DNA from: Elusimicrobiota bacterium
GTDB lineage: Bacteria; Elusimicrobiota; Elusimicrobia; UBA1565; UBA9628
Reading direction: 5' to 3'
Assembly (NCBI GenBank): GCA_027327915.1
Contig: DAHVWT010000001.1
Location: 1-61,940 of the forward strand
DNA: 61,940 nucleotides
Part shown: positions 7,407 to 21,680 of the stretch, piece by piece
How positions within the stretch are numbered: position 1 is the stretch's first letter
Layout of the letters: the number at the start of each line of letters is the position of its first letter
Notes under the pieces: model-generated
Told to the model about the DNA's origin: nothing
The model's database searches: none
What the model saw: the letters and a program-made list of their open reading frames with translations, nothing else
Translations under genes and position numbers: made by a program

Positions 7407-8179
7407 TCGAATTCGGGCGGGCAAGCCGGGTGCTGGCGCCCTCCTTATTTACCTTGGGCAACATGGCCTGCGGCTTTTACTCCTTGGTCGCCGTCGGACG
7501 AGACGAATACGGGCCCGCGGCCGTGGCGATCCTTCTCGGCATGGTTTTCGATTCCCTGGACGGGCGCGTGGCGCGGCTCGTGCGGGCGGAGTCCACCTTC
7601 GGCATCGAGTTCGACTCCCTCTCCGACTTCCTCAGCTTCGGCGTGGCCCCCGCGTGGATGATGTTCTCCTTCATCCTCAAGGACTACGGCGCCTGGGGCT
7701 ATCTCCTGGCCTTCCTCTACGCCCTCTGCGGAGGCCTGCGCCTGGCGCGATTCAACGCCGTCGCCCACGGCGCGGGCTCGAGCAAGACCCATTTCACGGG
7801 GCTCCCCATCCCCGCCGCGGCCGGAGTGCTGGCTTCCTTCGTTTGGCTCTACCAAATCATCGAGGAAGGGCGTCCCGCCCGGACCTGGAAGTTCCTCATG
7901 TCCGAGGTCCCCTCCCTCTATGGGCTTATCCCCTTCGCCACCTTGGCCCTCGCCTTCCTCATGATCTCGACCATCCCCTACCCGGCGTTCAAGGACCCGG
8001 GAAAGCTGCGCCCCAAGTCGCCTCTCATGATCCTCTTCTACGCGCTTTTGCTCGCGACCCTGGTGCTCTATCCCCAGAACGCGGTCTTCGCCGTCTTCGC
8101 GGCCTACGCCCTCTCCGGCCCCCTGGGCTATCTATTAAGGAAGGCGCGGCAGATCCTCAGGCCCCGCCCCGTTCTTTAA
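7397..8179 (+). CDS. pssA: CDP-diacylglycerol--serine O-phosphatidyltransferase
   Basis: CDP-alcohol phosphatidyltransferase motif D-x2-DG-x2-AR...G-x3-D-x3-D (FDSLDGRVARL...GIEFDSLSD) in a multi-TM protein. ATG at 7397, so the first 51 codons of the track ORF are not used. Confidence 0.85.
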   Translation: MALIEFGRASRVLAPSLFTLGNMACGFYSLVAVGRDEYGPAAVAILLGMVFDSLDGRVARLVRAESTFGIEFDSLSDFLSFGVAPAWMMFSFILKDYGAWGYLLAFLYALCGGLRLARFNAVAHGAGSSKTHFTGLPIPAAAGVLASFVWLYQIIEEGRPARTWKFLMSEVPSLYGLIPFATLALAFLMISTIPYPAFKDPGKLRPKSPLMILFYALLLATLVLYPQNAVFAVFAAYALSGPLGYLLRKARQILRPRPVL

Positions 8180-8194
8180 GCCGCGGCCCTTAAA
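8175..8194. terminator. Short hairpin spanning both stop codons of the convergent pssA and metG genes
   Basis: tttaag-ccgcggcc-cttaaa: 6-bp stem and GC-rich loop, with only 10 nt between the two stops. There is no U-tract, so termination is speculative. Confidence 0.25.
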
Positions 8195-9698
8195 TCTTCC
8201 TGGGAAAGAGCGGCTCTCCTTTCTTGATCGAGCCCGCCGCCACGGGGAGGGCGTCCTCGGGGGAAATCGGCCATTTCGATCTCGCCGCGCCGATCCGCTC
8301 GTGGATGCGCGCCGAGGTCTCGGGCATAAATGGGGCGATCCAACAGCCGACGGCTCTCAAGGACCACAAAAGCTCCGAGATCACGGCGGCGGCGCCCGCG
8401 GGATCGGTCTTGGCGAGCTTCCACGGCGCCTTCTCGTTAAGCCACTGATTCAGCCTCCCGACCGACGCCCAAAGTACGGTCAGAGCCATCCCAAAATCAA
8501 GCTTTTCGATTGCCGCGATGGCCGCTGCGCCGGCCGCCACATGAGTCTCGCGTTCAATCAAGGGCGTTCCAGGCAGCTTCTCGGGGATCTTCCCGTCCAA
8601 ATAGCGCGTTCCCATGTCGCTGGCGCGGTTTAATAGGTTGCCGAGATCGTTGGCCAGGTCGGCGTTGTAGCGGCGCTTTAAAGAGGCGATCGAGAAGTCC
8701 CCGTCCTGGCCGAAGGGCATCTCGCGGAAGAGAAAAAACCGGAAAGCGTCCACTCCGAACTCCTTCGTGACAGATAGCGGATCGACGAAGTTGCCCTTGG
8801 ACTTCGACATCTTCTCCCCCTCGACCGTCCACCAGCCGTGGGCGAACACCTTGCCCGGAAGCTCGCGCCCCAGGGCCATGAGCATGGCGGGCCAGACGAC
8901 GGCGTGGAAGCGGTAGATTTCCTTGCCCACGATGTGGACGTCCGCCGGCCAGAGCGCGGCGTTCTTCGAGTCCGCGGCTGCCAGGTAATTGAGCAGCGCG
9001 TCGAACCAGACATAAACCGTATGGGACTCGTCTTCCGGCACGGGGACGCCCCACTTGACCTTGGCGCGCGAGACCGAGATATCCTGCAGACCCGCTTTGA
9101 CGAAATTCCTCATTTCCGAGGCGCGCGACGCGGGCGAGAGGAACTCCGGATGGGCGTCGTAATGCTTGAGAAGCCGTGGGCCGTATTGAGAAAGCTTGAA
9201 GAAATAGCTCTCCTCCTCGACGCGCTCCAAGGGCCTTTGGCAGTCGGTGTTGGGGCATAGTTTGGCGCCGCCGGGGCCCGCGAGGGTCTCCTTCTCCGTC
9301 CAGTAGGTCTCGTCCGAGACGCAGTAGAAGCCGCTGTAGCGGCCCTTATAGATATCTCCCGACCTGAGCATCGCGGCGAAGGCGCGCCTCACCGTCTCCT
9401 CATGGCGCGGTTCGGTCGTGCGGATGAAGTCATCCGGCCGAACGTCCAAGGCGGTCCACAACGCGCGGAACTTGGAGGAAACGCCGTCGGCGTATTCCTT
9501 GGGAGAAAGCTTCGCCTCCGCCGCGGCCTTCTCGATCTTGAGCCCGTGCTCGTCGGTGCCCGTCAAGAAGTGAACGGGGCGGCCCGAGAGCCTCAGCGCC
9601 CGGGCGAGCACGTCCGCCGCGATCGTCGTGTAGGCGTGCCCGATATGCGGCGCCGCGTTGATGTAGTAGATCGGCGTCGTGACGTAGAAAGGCTTCAT
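8190..9698 (-). CDS. metG: Methionine--tRNA ligase (short form, no C-terminal tRNA-binding domain)
   Basis: HIGH motif (NAAPHIGHAYT), KMSKS (EKMSKSKGN), and an overall class I MetRS layout. Confidence 0.95.
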   Translation of the reverse strand: MKPFYVTTPIYYINAAPHIGHAYTTIAADVLARALRLSGRPVHFLTGTDEHGLKIEKAAAEAKLSPKEYADGVSSKFRALWTALDVRPDDFIRTTEPRHEETVRRAFAAMLRSGDIYKGRYSGFYCVSDETYWTEKETLAGPGGAKLCPNTDCQRPLERVEEESYFFKLSQYGPRLLKHYDAHPEFLSPASRASEMRNFVKAGLQDISVSRAKVKWGVPVPEDESHTVYVWFDALLNYLAAADSKNAALWPADVHIVGKEIYRFHAVVWPAMLMALGRELPGKVFAHGWWTVEGEKMSKSKGNFVDPLSVTKEFGVDAFRFFLFREMPFGQDGDFSIASLKRRYNADLANDLGNLLNRASDMGTRYLDGKIPEKLPGTPLIERETHVAAGAAAIAAIEKLDFGMALTVLWASVGRLNQWLNEKAPWKLAKTDPAGAAAVISELLWSLRAVGCWIAPFMPETSARIHERIGAARSKWPISPEDALPVAAGSIKKGEPLFPRKI

Positions 9699-10624
9699 GA
9701 ATCCAGGCCCTCGATGGCGATCCGAGAGAGGACCGTGGCCGCGCGGGGGTCCGCATGGGACTTGAGGGCCCGCAAGAGGCTCTGAAGTTCCAGCAGGGCG
9801 GGGCCCACACTCGAAAAGGGCACCCTCCCTTCCAGATGGGCGAGCCTCAACTTCTCGATCTCCAGCGCGATCATCCTTTCCGCCTTCTTGCGGGCAAGCG
9901 CCAATTCCCGCGGCAGGGATTCGGCGATTTCGAAAGGGGCGAGGGGATCGCCCTTCGCCGGCGCTTCGTCATCCTCCGCGGACTCCTCCCACATCTCGAC
10001 CGCCCGGCCCGCCGACCCGCCGGAGAGCCGCGCGATCTCCCGCGCTTCCCGGGCCAAGACGCCCCTCGCAACGAGAATCTCCTCGACGGCGCCGGAGCGT
10101 AAAGCGTTGAAGGGCACCCGGGCGCAGCGGGAGACGATCGTTTGCGGGAGGGACTCCGGCGACGCGGCGAGAAGGATCCAAAGAGTGCGGGGCATCGGCT
10201 CCTCCAAAATCTTGAGGAGGGCGTTCGCCGCGGCGGACTCGAGCGTCTGGGCGTCCTCTAGGATGGCGATCTTCCAGCCGCCCCACAGGGACGTCGTCTC
10301 CATCTCCCGGCGCAGGTGACGGATGGTGTCGACCTTGATCGTCCGCTGCGTCTCGGGCTCCTCCTCGAGGAGAGCCGCCTGATAGGCGGCCCCGACGAGC
10401 TTCAAGTCGGGATGGGCCCCCCGGCCCGCGGTCGAGCAGCCGCGGCAGTTCCCGCAAGCGGCGCCGGCCTTGGCGGGGCTCTCGCAGAGAAGAGCCGTCG
10501 CCCATTCGAGAGCGCGCGTCCTCTTGCCGACCCCGGAGGGGCCGTGGAAAAGGACGGCCCGTGGCAATCGGCCATCGCGGCGGAATCCCGCGATCATTTT
10601 TTGGGCCCTCTCCTGTCCTGTCAT
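9695..10624 (-). CDS. holB: DNA polymerase III subunit delta prime
   Basis: GPSGVGKRT P-loop, CGNCRGC zinc module, ILEDA Walker B-like motif, SRC motif (IVSRCARV). Lies in the conserved tmk-holB order. Confidence 0.85.
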   Translation of the reverse strand: MTGQERAQKMIAGFRRDGRLPRAVLFHGPSGVGKRTRALEWATALLCESPAKAGAACGNCRGCSTAGRGAHPDLKLVGAAYQAALLEEEPETQRTIKVDTIRHLRREMETTSLWGGWKIAILEDAQTLESAAANALLKILEEPMPRTLWILLAASPESLPQTIVSRCARVPFNALRSGAVEEILVARGVLAREAREIARLSGGSAGRAVEMWEESAEDDEAPAKGDPLAPFEIAESLPRELALARKKAERMIALEIEKLRLAHLEGRVPFSSVGPALLELQSLLRALKSHADPRAATVLSRIAIEGLDS

Positions 10625-11259
10625 GGCCGCCGTTTGAGCATGGGGTCGAGCCGGCGCATGATCTCGGCCGCGATCTCCCCGGAGTTTTTCCGGCCGTCGA
10701 TCAAAAAAGCCTCGCGGTGTCGGCGCACGTAGTCCTTGAAGCCCTCCCGGACCCGCCGCCGGAATCGCGCCCCTTCCCTTTCAAGACGGTCCTCGCGCGA
10801 GCGGCTCCCCCGCTTCTGGAATTCCGACTCCGGCAGGTCGATCACGGCGGTCAGGTCGGGTTCGACCCCTTCCGTCGCAACGCCGTCCACGAGATCGATC
10901 AATCGTCGCGGGATCCCCCGCGCGGCTCCCTGGTAGGCGTAGGTCGCGGGGCTGAAGCGATCGCAGAGCACCACCTGGTATCGGGCGAGAGCCGGGAGAA
11001 TCAGATCCCGCGAATGCTGGGACCTGGCCGCCTCGTAGAGAAGAAATTCCGTGAAGGGCGCGATGTCCCGGGTCTTGTCGAGGAGAACGCGGCGGAGCGC
11101 CTCGGCCAGGGGCACGCCGCCCGGCTCGCGCGTTCGCAGGCAGGAAACGCCCCGGCGGCGCAGTCTCTCCCACAGAAGCCCGGACAGCGTCGATTTCCCG
11201 GAGCGGTCGGGGCCGTCCAAGACGACGAAGAGCCCCCGCTTAAATCTCTGGGATGCCAA
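10621..11259 (-). CDS. tmk: dTMP (thymidylate) kinase
   Basis: LFVVLDGPDRSGKST P-loop, TREPGG, DRF and LID-region motifs. Confidence 0.9.
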   Translation of the reverse strand: MASQRFKRGLFVVLDGPDRSGKSTLSGLLWERLRRRGVSCLRTREPGGVPLAEALRRVLLDKTRDIAPFTEFLLYEAARSQHSRDLILPALARYQVVLCDRFSPATYAYQGAARGIPRRLIDLVDGVATEGVEPDLTAVIDLPESEFQKRGSRSREDRLEREGARFRRRVREGFKDYVRRHREAFLIDGRKNSGEIAAEIMRRLDPMLKRRP

Positions 11260-11425
11260 GCTGCTTGCAGATCTTGCGCGCGGCGTAGCCTTCCAGCTCC
11301 GGATGCCGCGTCACCGCGGCCTCGGCCCCGGTCGCCTCGTTGCGGTAAACGGAGTATTTGCCGCCTTCCCGCAGCAGGACGCAGCCGTTGTCGGTCAGAT
11401 GCTTGATCAACTCCCTTCGTTTCAT
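11240..11425 (-). CDS. hicA: HicA-family type II toxin homologue (orphan, no HicB nearby)
   Basis: 61 aa: MKRRELIKHLTDNGCVLLREGGKYSVYRNEATGAEAAVTRHPELEGYAARKICKQLGIPEI. This is the YcfA/HicA fold pattern (L...G....R..G.H..Y......VP.H.E.....KI.K.LGI), but Tyr sits where the family has His. It overlaps the response-regulator stop by 4 nt and the tmk start by 20 nt. Confidence 0.75.
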   Translation of the reverse strand: MKRRELIKHLTDNGCVLLREGGKYSVYRNEATGAEAAVTRHPELEGYAARKICKQLGIPEI

Positions 11426-11820
11426 GACTCTCCTTTGGCTTGGGAACGGCGGCGCTCCACGACCTGGAAGACCCTCTCGATCTTGGCCTTGAGCGTGTCC
11501 AGTTCGATGGGCTTGACGAGATAGTCGGCCGCACCGCTAATGAGGGCGTCGTTCAAGGTCGCGGCGTCCGCGAGTCCGCTCACCACGATGACGGGAATAT
11601 CGAGGGTCCGGCGGATCTCGCGCGTGAGCGCGATGCCGTCCTCGCCCGGCATCATGATATCCATCAGGATCAGGTCGGGCTTGTCCTTCTTGAGCCATTC
11701 CCTGGCCTTTTGGGCCGACGTCGCGCAGGCCGCGTCGTAGCCCAGGGCCGGAAGCCCCTCGGAGTAGAACTCGCAGATCGAGGCGTCGTCGTCGACGGCC
11801 AGGATCAATTTCCTAGCCAT
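11422..11820 (-). CDS. Stand-alone CheY-like response regulator receiver protein
   Basis: LILAVDDD...PDLILMDIMMPGEDG...PVIVVSG...DYLVKP receiver motifs and no output domain. Start MARKLIL at 11820. Confidence 0.85.
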   Translation of the reverse strand: MARKLILAVDDDASICEFYSEGLPALGYDAACATSAQKAREWLKKDKPDLILMDIMMPGEDGIALTREIRRTLDIPVIVVSGLADAATLNDALISGAADYLVKPIELDTLKAKIERVFQVVERRRSQAKGES

Positions 11821-12286
11821 GCTGCTCCCTCGCCGTGCCGCCGGCCCACCGGTCCCAGCTCCACAGCCGCTCTCCCCGGGCATACGCCGCATAGGCCAGG
11901 ATGAAGAGGGCCGCGTCCATCGCCAGGGCGTGTCCCAGGCTCGGGTGGAAGGCGGCGCCGAAACAGCCGCAATCGGGGAGTTCCATGTGCCGCATTTTCG
12001 CCGATAGGAGAGAAGCCATGAAGGAGGCCACGAGGCCGCCCGCGACGGCCGCCGCGGGCCTCGTGAAATCGCCCAACAGCAGGCAAAAACCGGTCACGAG
12101 CTCGGCCCAAGGGAGGATCGCGGCGATCGCGAGGCTCGCCGCCGGCGAGACGATCTGGTAGGCGTCGATCACGACCGCGAATTCCTGATAGGGCGCCGAA
12201 GCCTTCAGGGCTCCGGCCGCCACGAGCGCCCCCCCGACCGCCAAGCGGCCAAGAAAGCCCAGCCAGTCGCCAAGCTGGCCGCTCAC
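11813..12286 (-). CDS. MauE/DoxX-family redox-associated membrane protein
   Basis: Four predicted TM helices and a CGCFG motif (LPDCGCFGAAF). GTG start at 12286 overlaps the DsbA-like stop (GTGA). Confidence 0.7.
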   Translation of the reverse strand: MSGQLGDWLGFLGRLAVGGALVAAGALKASAPYQEFAVVIDAYQIVSPAASLAIAAILPWAELVTGFCLLLGDFTRPAAAVAGGLVASFMASLLSAKMRHMELPDCGCFGAAFHPSLGHALAMDAALFILAYAAYARGERLWSWDRWAGGTAREQHG

Positions 12287-12930
12287 GGCGAGATCCTCTT
12301 TTTCAGGATTTGGTCGATCCAATGAATCCCCAGAGAGGCGAACTGGTTGCCCCCGACGAAGCGGCGGCCGTTGATGAAAAAGGTGGGGGTACCGCTGATC
12401 CACCTGTTTCTCGCCTGCTGCATGTCCGAGCGCACGGAGGAGGCGGCGTCGGGGCTTGAGAGGCAGGCGTCAAAGGCCTTTGGCCTCAGGCCCAGCTTTT
12501 GAGCGTAGGAACGAAAAAGGGCCTTCGGGTCCTTGGAGGACACCCACTCGCCCTGTTTGTCGTAGAGCATGTCGTGATAGGGCCAAAACGTCCCCATCCG
12601 CCCGGCGCATTCCGCCGCCACGGCCGCATCGAAGGCCCACGGATGAATCCTGGTCAAGGGATCGTCCCGGAACACAAGCCTCACCTTGTCCCCATAAAGG
12701 CCCAAGGCCTCCTTGAGGGGCGTCTCGGCCGCGCGGCAGGCGGGGCATTGAAAGTCGGAATACTCGACGATTTCGATCGGCGCCGAGGTATCTCCCTTGG
12801 CGCGGAAGGCGGGCGCCGGGATCCTCAGCTCGACGCGCCCCGCGAAGCCTCGGGCCCCGTAAGCGGAGGCGAGAGACGCCGCGACAACGAGGAGAAGCCC
12901 CCCCAGCCTGCGTTTAAGAGCTCGGTTCAC
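12283..12930 (-). CDS. DsbA-family thiol:disulfide oxidoreductase (thioredoxin fold), secreted
   Basis: Signal peptide, CPAC active site (EYSDFQCPACR), and the C-terminal GTPTFFING motif. Confidence 0.85.
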   Translation of the reverse strand: MNRALKRRLGGLLLVVAASLASAYGARGFAGRVELRIPAPAFRAKGDTSAPIEIVEYSDFQCPACRAAETPLKEALGLYGDKVRLVFRDDPLTRIHPWAFDAAVAAECAGRMGTFWPYHDMLYDKQGEWVSSKDPKALFRSYAQKLGLRPKAFDACLSSPDAASSVRSDMQQARNRWISGTPTFFINGRRFVGGNQFASLGIHWIDQILKKRISP

Positions 12931-13002
12931 TGTCGTGATTTTATCAAAATGAGCCCCCTAGCTTAGCGGCGTGGCCGGGAAATTCCAGACGGGCGGCGAA
13001 GG

Positions 13003-13051
13003 ACGGAAGGCTACGGCCTACGGCAAGGCCGCAGCCTTCCGCGGCTTTCCG
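13003..13051. repeat. REP-like GC-rich hairpin element 7 nt downstream of the S8 peptidase stop; sibling of 41159..41263
   Basis: acggaaggctacgg ... agccttccg .. gctttccg. GGAAGGCT (13006..13013) pairs with AGCCTTCC (13033..13040). The motifs ACGGAAGGCTACGG, AGCCTTCCG and GCTTTCCG recur at 41159..41263. No U-tract. Confidence 0.5.
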
Positions 13052-13057
13052 CTTCGA

Positions 13058-14353
13058 TCAGTGATGCTGCGGCGCGTTGGCGCCTTGGACCAGGACTCGG
13101 GCGTCGATGACGCCGTTGCCCTGCTCGGCGCGATCCGCGCCGGCAATCGGGGTCGCGGCGGACTTCAAGGCCGCGAGCACCGCCTTGTAGCCCGAGATGC
13201 CTCGGGAGGCGATCGCGAGAGCCGCCAAGCCCGACATATGGGGCGTCGCCATGGAGGTTCCCGAAAGCTCCCGGTAGCCTCCTCCCATGTAGGTCGAAAG
13301 AACGCCGACGCCGGGCGCGATGAAGGCGACCTGGGGGCCGCGGCTTGAGAAATCGGCCGTCTTGTCCGAGCTGTCCATCGCCGCGATCGCGATCGCGCCG
13401 GGGTAGCCCGCGGGATAGCCCACGGTGCCGGCTCCGGGCCCGGAGTTGCCGGCCGCGGCGATGAGGGCCACGCCTCCCTTCGCCATCGCGGCCACGGTTT
13501 CCTTGAGAGAATCGTTGCCCTGGTCGGCGCCCAGGGACATGCTCGCGACCTGCATATGGTGCTGCACGCACCACTGCATGCCCGCGATGACGGCGTCGAA
13601 GCTCCCGGAGCCGGAGGCGTCGAGAACCTTCACGCCGTAGAGGGAGGCCTTCGGGGCGACGCCCACCACGCCGATCTTGTTGTCGACGGCCGCGATCGTG
13701 CCGGAGACGTGGGTGCCGTGGCCGTTGTCATCCTTGAAATTGTCGCTGTTGTCGATGGCGTTCCAGCCGCCCGCGACGTTGCCCTTCAGATCCGGATGAG
13801 TCATGTCGATGCCGGTGTCGACGACGCAGACCTTGACGCCCTGGCCGGCCGTCTTCGCCCACGCCTCGGGGGCATGGACGCGGCTGATGCCCCAGGGTGT
13901 CTGTTGGCCCGCGGTCTTGGCATGCGGGACCGGCTGCTGGAGCGCCTTGAGGGCCGAGGCCGCGGGACCGAGGACATCGGCCGCCGAAGGGACGGAGAAC
14001 TCCCCCATCCCCCGGTCGACGGAGACCAACCAGTTGACGACCGGGTCCGGGTCGACGCGCAGCACCTCGGAGCGCTTTGAAAGCTCCGTGGACGTGTCCA
14101 AAATTTGGGCCGAGTCTCCCTCGATGACGACCGCGTTGATGAGTGGGAGCTCACGGACGACCTGGCCTCCTTGGCCCTGGACGATCGAAAGACGCGCGCC
14201 GCGGCCGGTCCCGGGCTTGAAGACCACGATGTGCCGGACAACGCCCGGCGGGAGGGCCGCTGACGAGGCGGCGGACGCCGGAACGCCCGGAAGCCACGCG
14301 GCGAAAAACAGCGCCAGCGAGGAGATGACGGCGGCATTCAATCTTCGGATCAT
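13058..14353 (-). CDS. S8-family (subtilisin-like) serine peptidase, secreted
   Basis: Catalytic triad motifs VVDTGID, HGTHVSGTIAA, SGTSMATPHMSG. Signal peptide MIRRLNAAVISSLALFFAAWL. GGGAGG lies upstream of the ATG at 14353. Confidence 0.9.
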   Translation of the reverse strand: MIRRLNAAVISSLALFFAAWLPGVPASAASSAALPPGVVRHIVVFKPGTGRGARLSIVQGQGGQVVRELPLINAVVIEGDSAQILDTSTELSKRSEVLRVDPDPVVNWLVSVDRGMGEFSVPSAADVLGPAASALKALQQPVPHAKTAGQQTPWGISRVHAPEAWAKTAGQGVKVCVVDTGIDMTHPDLKGNVAGGWNAIDNSDNFKDDNGHGTHVSGTIAAVDNKIGVVGVAPKASLYGVKVLDASGSGSFDAVIAGMQWCVQHHMQVASMSLGADQGNDSLKETVAAMAKGGVALIAAAGNSGPGAGTVGYPAGYPGAIAIAAMDSSDKTADFSSRGPQVAFIAPGVGVLSTYMGGGYRELSGTSMATPHMSGLAALAIASRGISGYKAVLAALKSAATPIAGADRAEQGNGVIDARVLVQGANAPQHH

Positions 14354-14424
14354 GGAAAAACCTCCCTTAACAAAAGACCTGGCACGACATGCGCGAATCA
14401 TACTAAATTAACAGCGACGGATGC

Positions 14425-15732
14425 TTACTTCGGATGAATCTTGTCCGCGCCGAAGTAGGAGACGAGCGGCTCCGGGAGGCGCACGCCGCCGTCCGCTTCC
14501 TGATAATTCTCGAGAATCGCCGCGAAGAGCCGCCCGACCGCGACCCCGCTGCCGTTCAAGGTGTGAACCCATTCGAGAGGCTGCTTCGGAGCCCTTCGAA
14601 AGCGCGCGTTCATCCTGCGGGCCTGGAAATCGCCGCAGTCGGAACAAGAGGATATCTCTCGGAACTTCCCCTCCCCCGGCATCCAGACCTCGAGATCGTA
14701 GGTCTTGCGCGAGGCGAAGCCCAGGTCACCGGCGCAGAGCTCGATCACCCGATAGCGCAGGCCCAGGCTCTTTAAAACTCCCTCCGCGTCCGCCGTCAGC
14801 GCTTCCAGGGCGGCAAGGGAGTCCTCTGGCTTCGTCACCCACACAAGCTCCACCTTGTCGAACTGATGGTTGCGGATAAGGCCGCGGACATCCTTGCCGT
14901 AGGAGCCCGCTTCCTGGCGGAAACACGGCGTGTAGGCGCACCACTTGCGGGGGAGATCCGCCGCTTCCAGGACGCTTTCCCTCGCCAGATTCGTGAGAGG
15001 CGCCTCGGCCGTGGGGATGAGATAGAGCGTCCCTCCTTCTTGCGCCGAAGTCGAGCCGGTCTTATACAGATCCGCCTCGAACTTGGGCAGCTGCCCCGTC
15101 CCCTCCAAAATCTCCGGGCGCACGAGCGCCGGGGGCCATATCTCCTCGTAGCCCGCGGCGACATGGCGTTCGAGCTGATAGCGGATGATCGCGCGGACAA
15201 GCTTGGCGCCGTCGCCCCGCCAGAGGCAGAACCGGGAGCCGGCGAGCTTCGCCGCCGAGGCGAAATCAAGGAGGCCGAGCCGCTCGCCGATCTCCTGGTG
15301 GTCGCGCTGCTTGAATCCCGCCGCGGGAGACACGCCCGCGGATTCCCGCACGACCTTGTTGTCCTCGGGGGTCAGACCCGGCGGCACGGACTCGTGAGGC
15401 GGGTTGGGCAGGCCCAGGGCCGATTCCTTGAGCTCCCGCTCCAGGCCCGCCAGCTCTTCTTCTTTCCGGGCGAGCGCCGCCTTGTCGAAGCCGGCCGTCT
15501 CCGCCGCGCCCGCCGGAGCGGCGGCCGATCCGCCCTTGAATTTAAGTTCGGCCATGCGCTTGGAGTAGGCGTTTCTCGCCGCGCGCATCTCATCCACTGC
15601 CGCGCGGACGGCCTTCTCGCGCGCGGAAAGCTCCAGAAGGCCCTCGAACGGCTCGACATAGCGCCCGCCGCGCGACTTGAAGGCCGTTCTCAGAACGTCC
15701 GGGTTCTTCCTCGCCAAAGCCAGGTCGATCAT
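14425..15732 (-). CDS. serS: Serine--tRNA ligase
   Basis: N-terminal coiled-coil arm and class II motifs (FRQEAGSYG, GSGVAVGR). ATG at 15732 overlaps the upstream stop (ATGA). Confidence 0.95.
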   Translation of the reverse strand: MIDLALARKNPDVLRTAFKSRGGRYVEPFEGLLELSAREKAVRAAVDEMRAARNAYSKRMAELKFKGGSAAAPAGAAETAGFDKAALARKEEELAGLERELKESALGLPNPPHESVPPGLTPEDNKVVRESAGVSPAAGFKQRDHQEIGERLGLLDFASAAKLAGSRFCLWRGDGAKLVRAIIRYQLERHVAAGYEEIWPPALVRPEILEGTGQLPKFEADLYKTGSTSAQEGGTLYLIPTAEAPLTNLARESVLEAADLPRKWCAYTPCFRQEAGSYGKDVRGLIRNHQFDKVELVWVTKPEDSLAALEALTADAEGVLKSLGLRYRVIELCAGDLGFASRKTYDLEVWMPGEGKFREISSCSDCGDFQARRMNARFRRAPKQPLEWVHTLNGSGVAVGRLFAAILENYQEADGGVRLPEPLVSYFGADKIHPK

Positions 15733-16280
15733 CGGTCCCAATAGCGAAGGCGCAGGTCCCCGGAGACCGCCTGCAGCTTCTCGACGAGGTCTCCGCGCGG
15801 CTTGAGAACGACCTTGATGCGGACGGAAAGCGGACGCGGGAGATTCGATCCCAGGGACTCCCTGAGATTGGAGCCCAGGTTGGGAACCTCCAGGGAAAGG
15901 CGCAGCGACTCCCCGGCTTGGACCATGGGAACGCGCCGCTCATCCAGGAAAAAGGGAATGCTTTCGGATTTTCCATCCGGCGAGTCGTACCGCATGGAGA
16001 CGACGTAGCGCAGGACCAAGCCGAGCATGGCGCGGGAAGAGGCGTTGTCGAGCGTCGCCACGGCCCGAAGGCGTCCCGGAAGCTTCGACCCCCGTACGAC
16101 GACGCTTGGGGCGTCTTCCCAGACTCCCTTGCGGCTTGAAGAGCTGATAAAGAGCTGCCACGAGACCGCTTCGAGCCCGACCCCGCGCGACGGCTCGGGG
16201 TCCCGGGCCAAGGCGGCGCTCGGAGTGGAGGCCGCGGCAACGAGGCAAAAAACGGCGGTCGCCGCCTTCATCCCTTCCAT
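15729..16280 (-). CDS. Hypothetical secreted protein
   Basis: 183-aa ORF with a signal-like N-terminus (MKAATAVFCLVAAASTPSAALA). It sits between gyrA and serS with an ATGA overlap. No recognisable domain. Confidence 0.55.
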   Translation of the reverse strand: MEGMKAATAVFCLVAAASTPSAALARDPEPSRGVGLEAVSWQLFISSSSRKGVWEDAPSVVVRGSKLPGRLRAVATLDNASSRAMLGLVLRYVVSMRYDSPDGKSESIPFFLDERRVPMVQAGESLRLSLEVPNLGSNLRESLGSNLPRPLSVRIKVVLKPRGDLVEKLQAVSGDLRLRYWDR

Positions 16281-16293
16281 CGCGCGGACGCCG

Positions 16294-18810
<2,517 letters not shown>

Positions 18811-18834
18811 GTTCTTTTTCCTCGATCTCCTCTG

Positions 18835-21679
<2,845 letters not shown>

Positions 21680-21680
<1 letters not shown>

